From NCBI GenBank assembly GCA_965248535.1, contig CBDFJR010000002.1:608001-672000 (forward strand): a DNA stretch of 64,000 nt, written 5' to 3'. The stretch comes from Phormidesmis sp. Lineage in GTDB: Bacteria; Cyanobacteriota; Cyanobacteriia; Leptolyngbyales; Leptolyngbyaceae. Positions 63,030 to 64,000 of the stretch are shown here, in pieces; the first letter of the stretch is position 1; the number at the start of each line of letters is the position of its first letter. The translations under genes and the position numbers were made by a program. The notes beneath the pieces were generated by a model. It was not told the origin of the DNA. It saw nothing but the letters and a program-made list of their open reading frames with translations, and searched no databases.

Positions 63030-63481
63030 TGTGATTCCCTCGCTGATGGTGTTGTAACCGTGCCATAGCTGATAGGTTCATAGCCTGCGATCGCGACAAG
63101 CGCAGAAAGATCATGGGCGATCGCGAGATGTAAAACAGAAGTTAATCCGCTGTGACCCAACGACAGTAGAGTTTAGAATTCTCGTCTAGTAGCCATTGAG
63201 CCACTAACTTGCCCTGGGCTGCGGATTCATGAGCGCGATCGATTGATGAAGTGTTTGCTGATTGCGCTTGAGCTTCGGGAACAGCGATCGCAGCCGACTG
63301 AATGATGAATTGAGGCATGATTGGACTCCTTGTAAAGTAGACAACTGAAGCGGTGTTGTCCTATTCCACGCTTCGGTATTGGAGATTATGCAATTGGGCT
63401 TCACCTCGAAAGAACACGGAACCCAAAATCCTATATCCTCGCTCTCGTGGCACACTACTAAGAAAGACTCTAGAGAAGCTT

Positions 63482-64000
63482 ATGACTGCCCCACAACTTT
63501 CCCCCTATGGTTCTTGGAAATCACCGATCACCTCAGATTTGATTGTCGCTGGCTCGATCGGGCTAGGGCAAATTAAGCTCGATCGCCAAGACATTTATTG
63601 GAGCGAGTCACGTCCTACCGAAGGTGGACGCACGGTGATCATGCGGCGTTCAGCCGGAATCACCACCGAGAAAACGCCACCTCCTTTTAACGCTCGAACT
63701 CGTGTGCATGAATATGGCGGCGGCGCGTTTTTGGCGGCCGATGGTGTGATTTATTTCTCTAATTTCTCTGATCAACGTCTCTATCGCCAATCTGCTGATG
63801 CGGCTCTGCTGCCTTTAACCTCGGCCGAATCGCTGCGCTATGCGGATGCTGTGCTCGATCGTGCTCACAATCGCTTAATTTGCGTGAGAGAAGATCATCG
63901 GGTTGCTGATCGCGAGGCCGTTAATACGATCGTCAGCATTCCACTCAACGAAAATGAAGCCGAGCAGACGATTCTCGCGTCTGGTAATGATTTCTACGCT
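63482..64000 (+). CDS. S9-family (acylaminoacyl/dipeptidyl) peptidase, 5' part, runs off the window
   Basis: Hand translation: MTAPQLSPYGSWKSPITSDLIV...YWSESRPTEGGR...RTRVHEYGGGAF...RYAD...CVREDH. Confidence 0.9.
   Translation, partial: MTAPQLSPYGSWKSPITSDLIVAGSIGLGQIKLDRQDIYWSESRPTEGGRTVIMRRSAGITTEKTPPPFNARTRVHEYGGGAFLAADGVIYFSNFSDQRLYRQSADAALLPLTSAESLRYADAVLDRAHNRLICVREDHRVADREAVNTIVSIPLNENEAEQTILASGNDFYA

Overview
Chromosomal window from a cyanobacterium, most likely filamentous and Leptolyngbyaceae-like (inference). Evidence: dense HIP1 GCGATCGC octamers, psbH/psbN/psbI, a CpcS-type lyase, an HLIP, Uma2 nucleases and a Rieske protein. Most of 19-57 kb is ordinary housekeeping (clpB, porin, gloA, eno, bioF, rpmF, pth, tatA, thiE/thiS, Na+/H+ antiporter). 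Three regions stand out. (1) 1-3.8 kb is a HIP1-poor accessory strip resembling a decayed integron cassette array, with two related attC-like elements, one split by an ORF-less group IIC intron. (2) 9.2-18.4 kb is a tightly packed 8-gene operon: lipoprotein, small helical protein, coiled-coil protein, PknG-type kinase, PP2C phosphatase, vWA protein, Zn-ribbon/FHA protein and GlnX-like membrane protein. It resembles the actinobacterial PknG signalling module but has no GlnH, and the host phylum lacks the canonical 2-oxoglutarate dehydrogenase target. (3) 57.3-61.3 kb is a Hen1-Pnkp RNA repair operon. Single-base frameshifts in parA, clpB and an alpha-mannosidase may be assembly errors. All family assignments come from motif recognition by eye; no searches were run.
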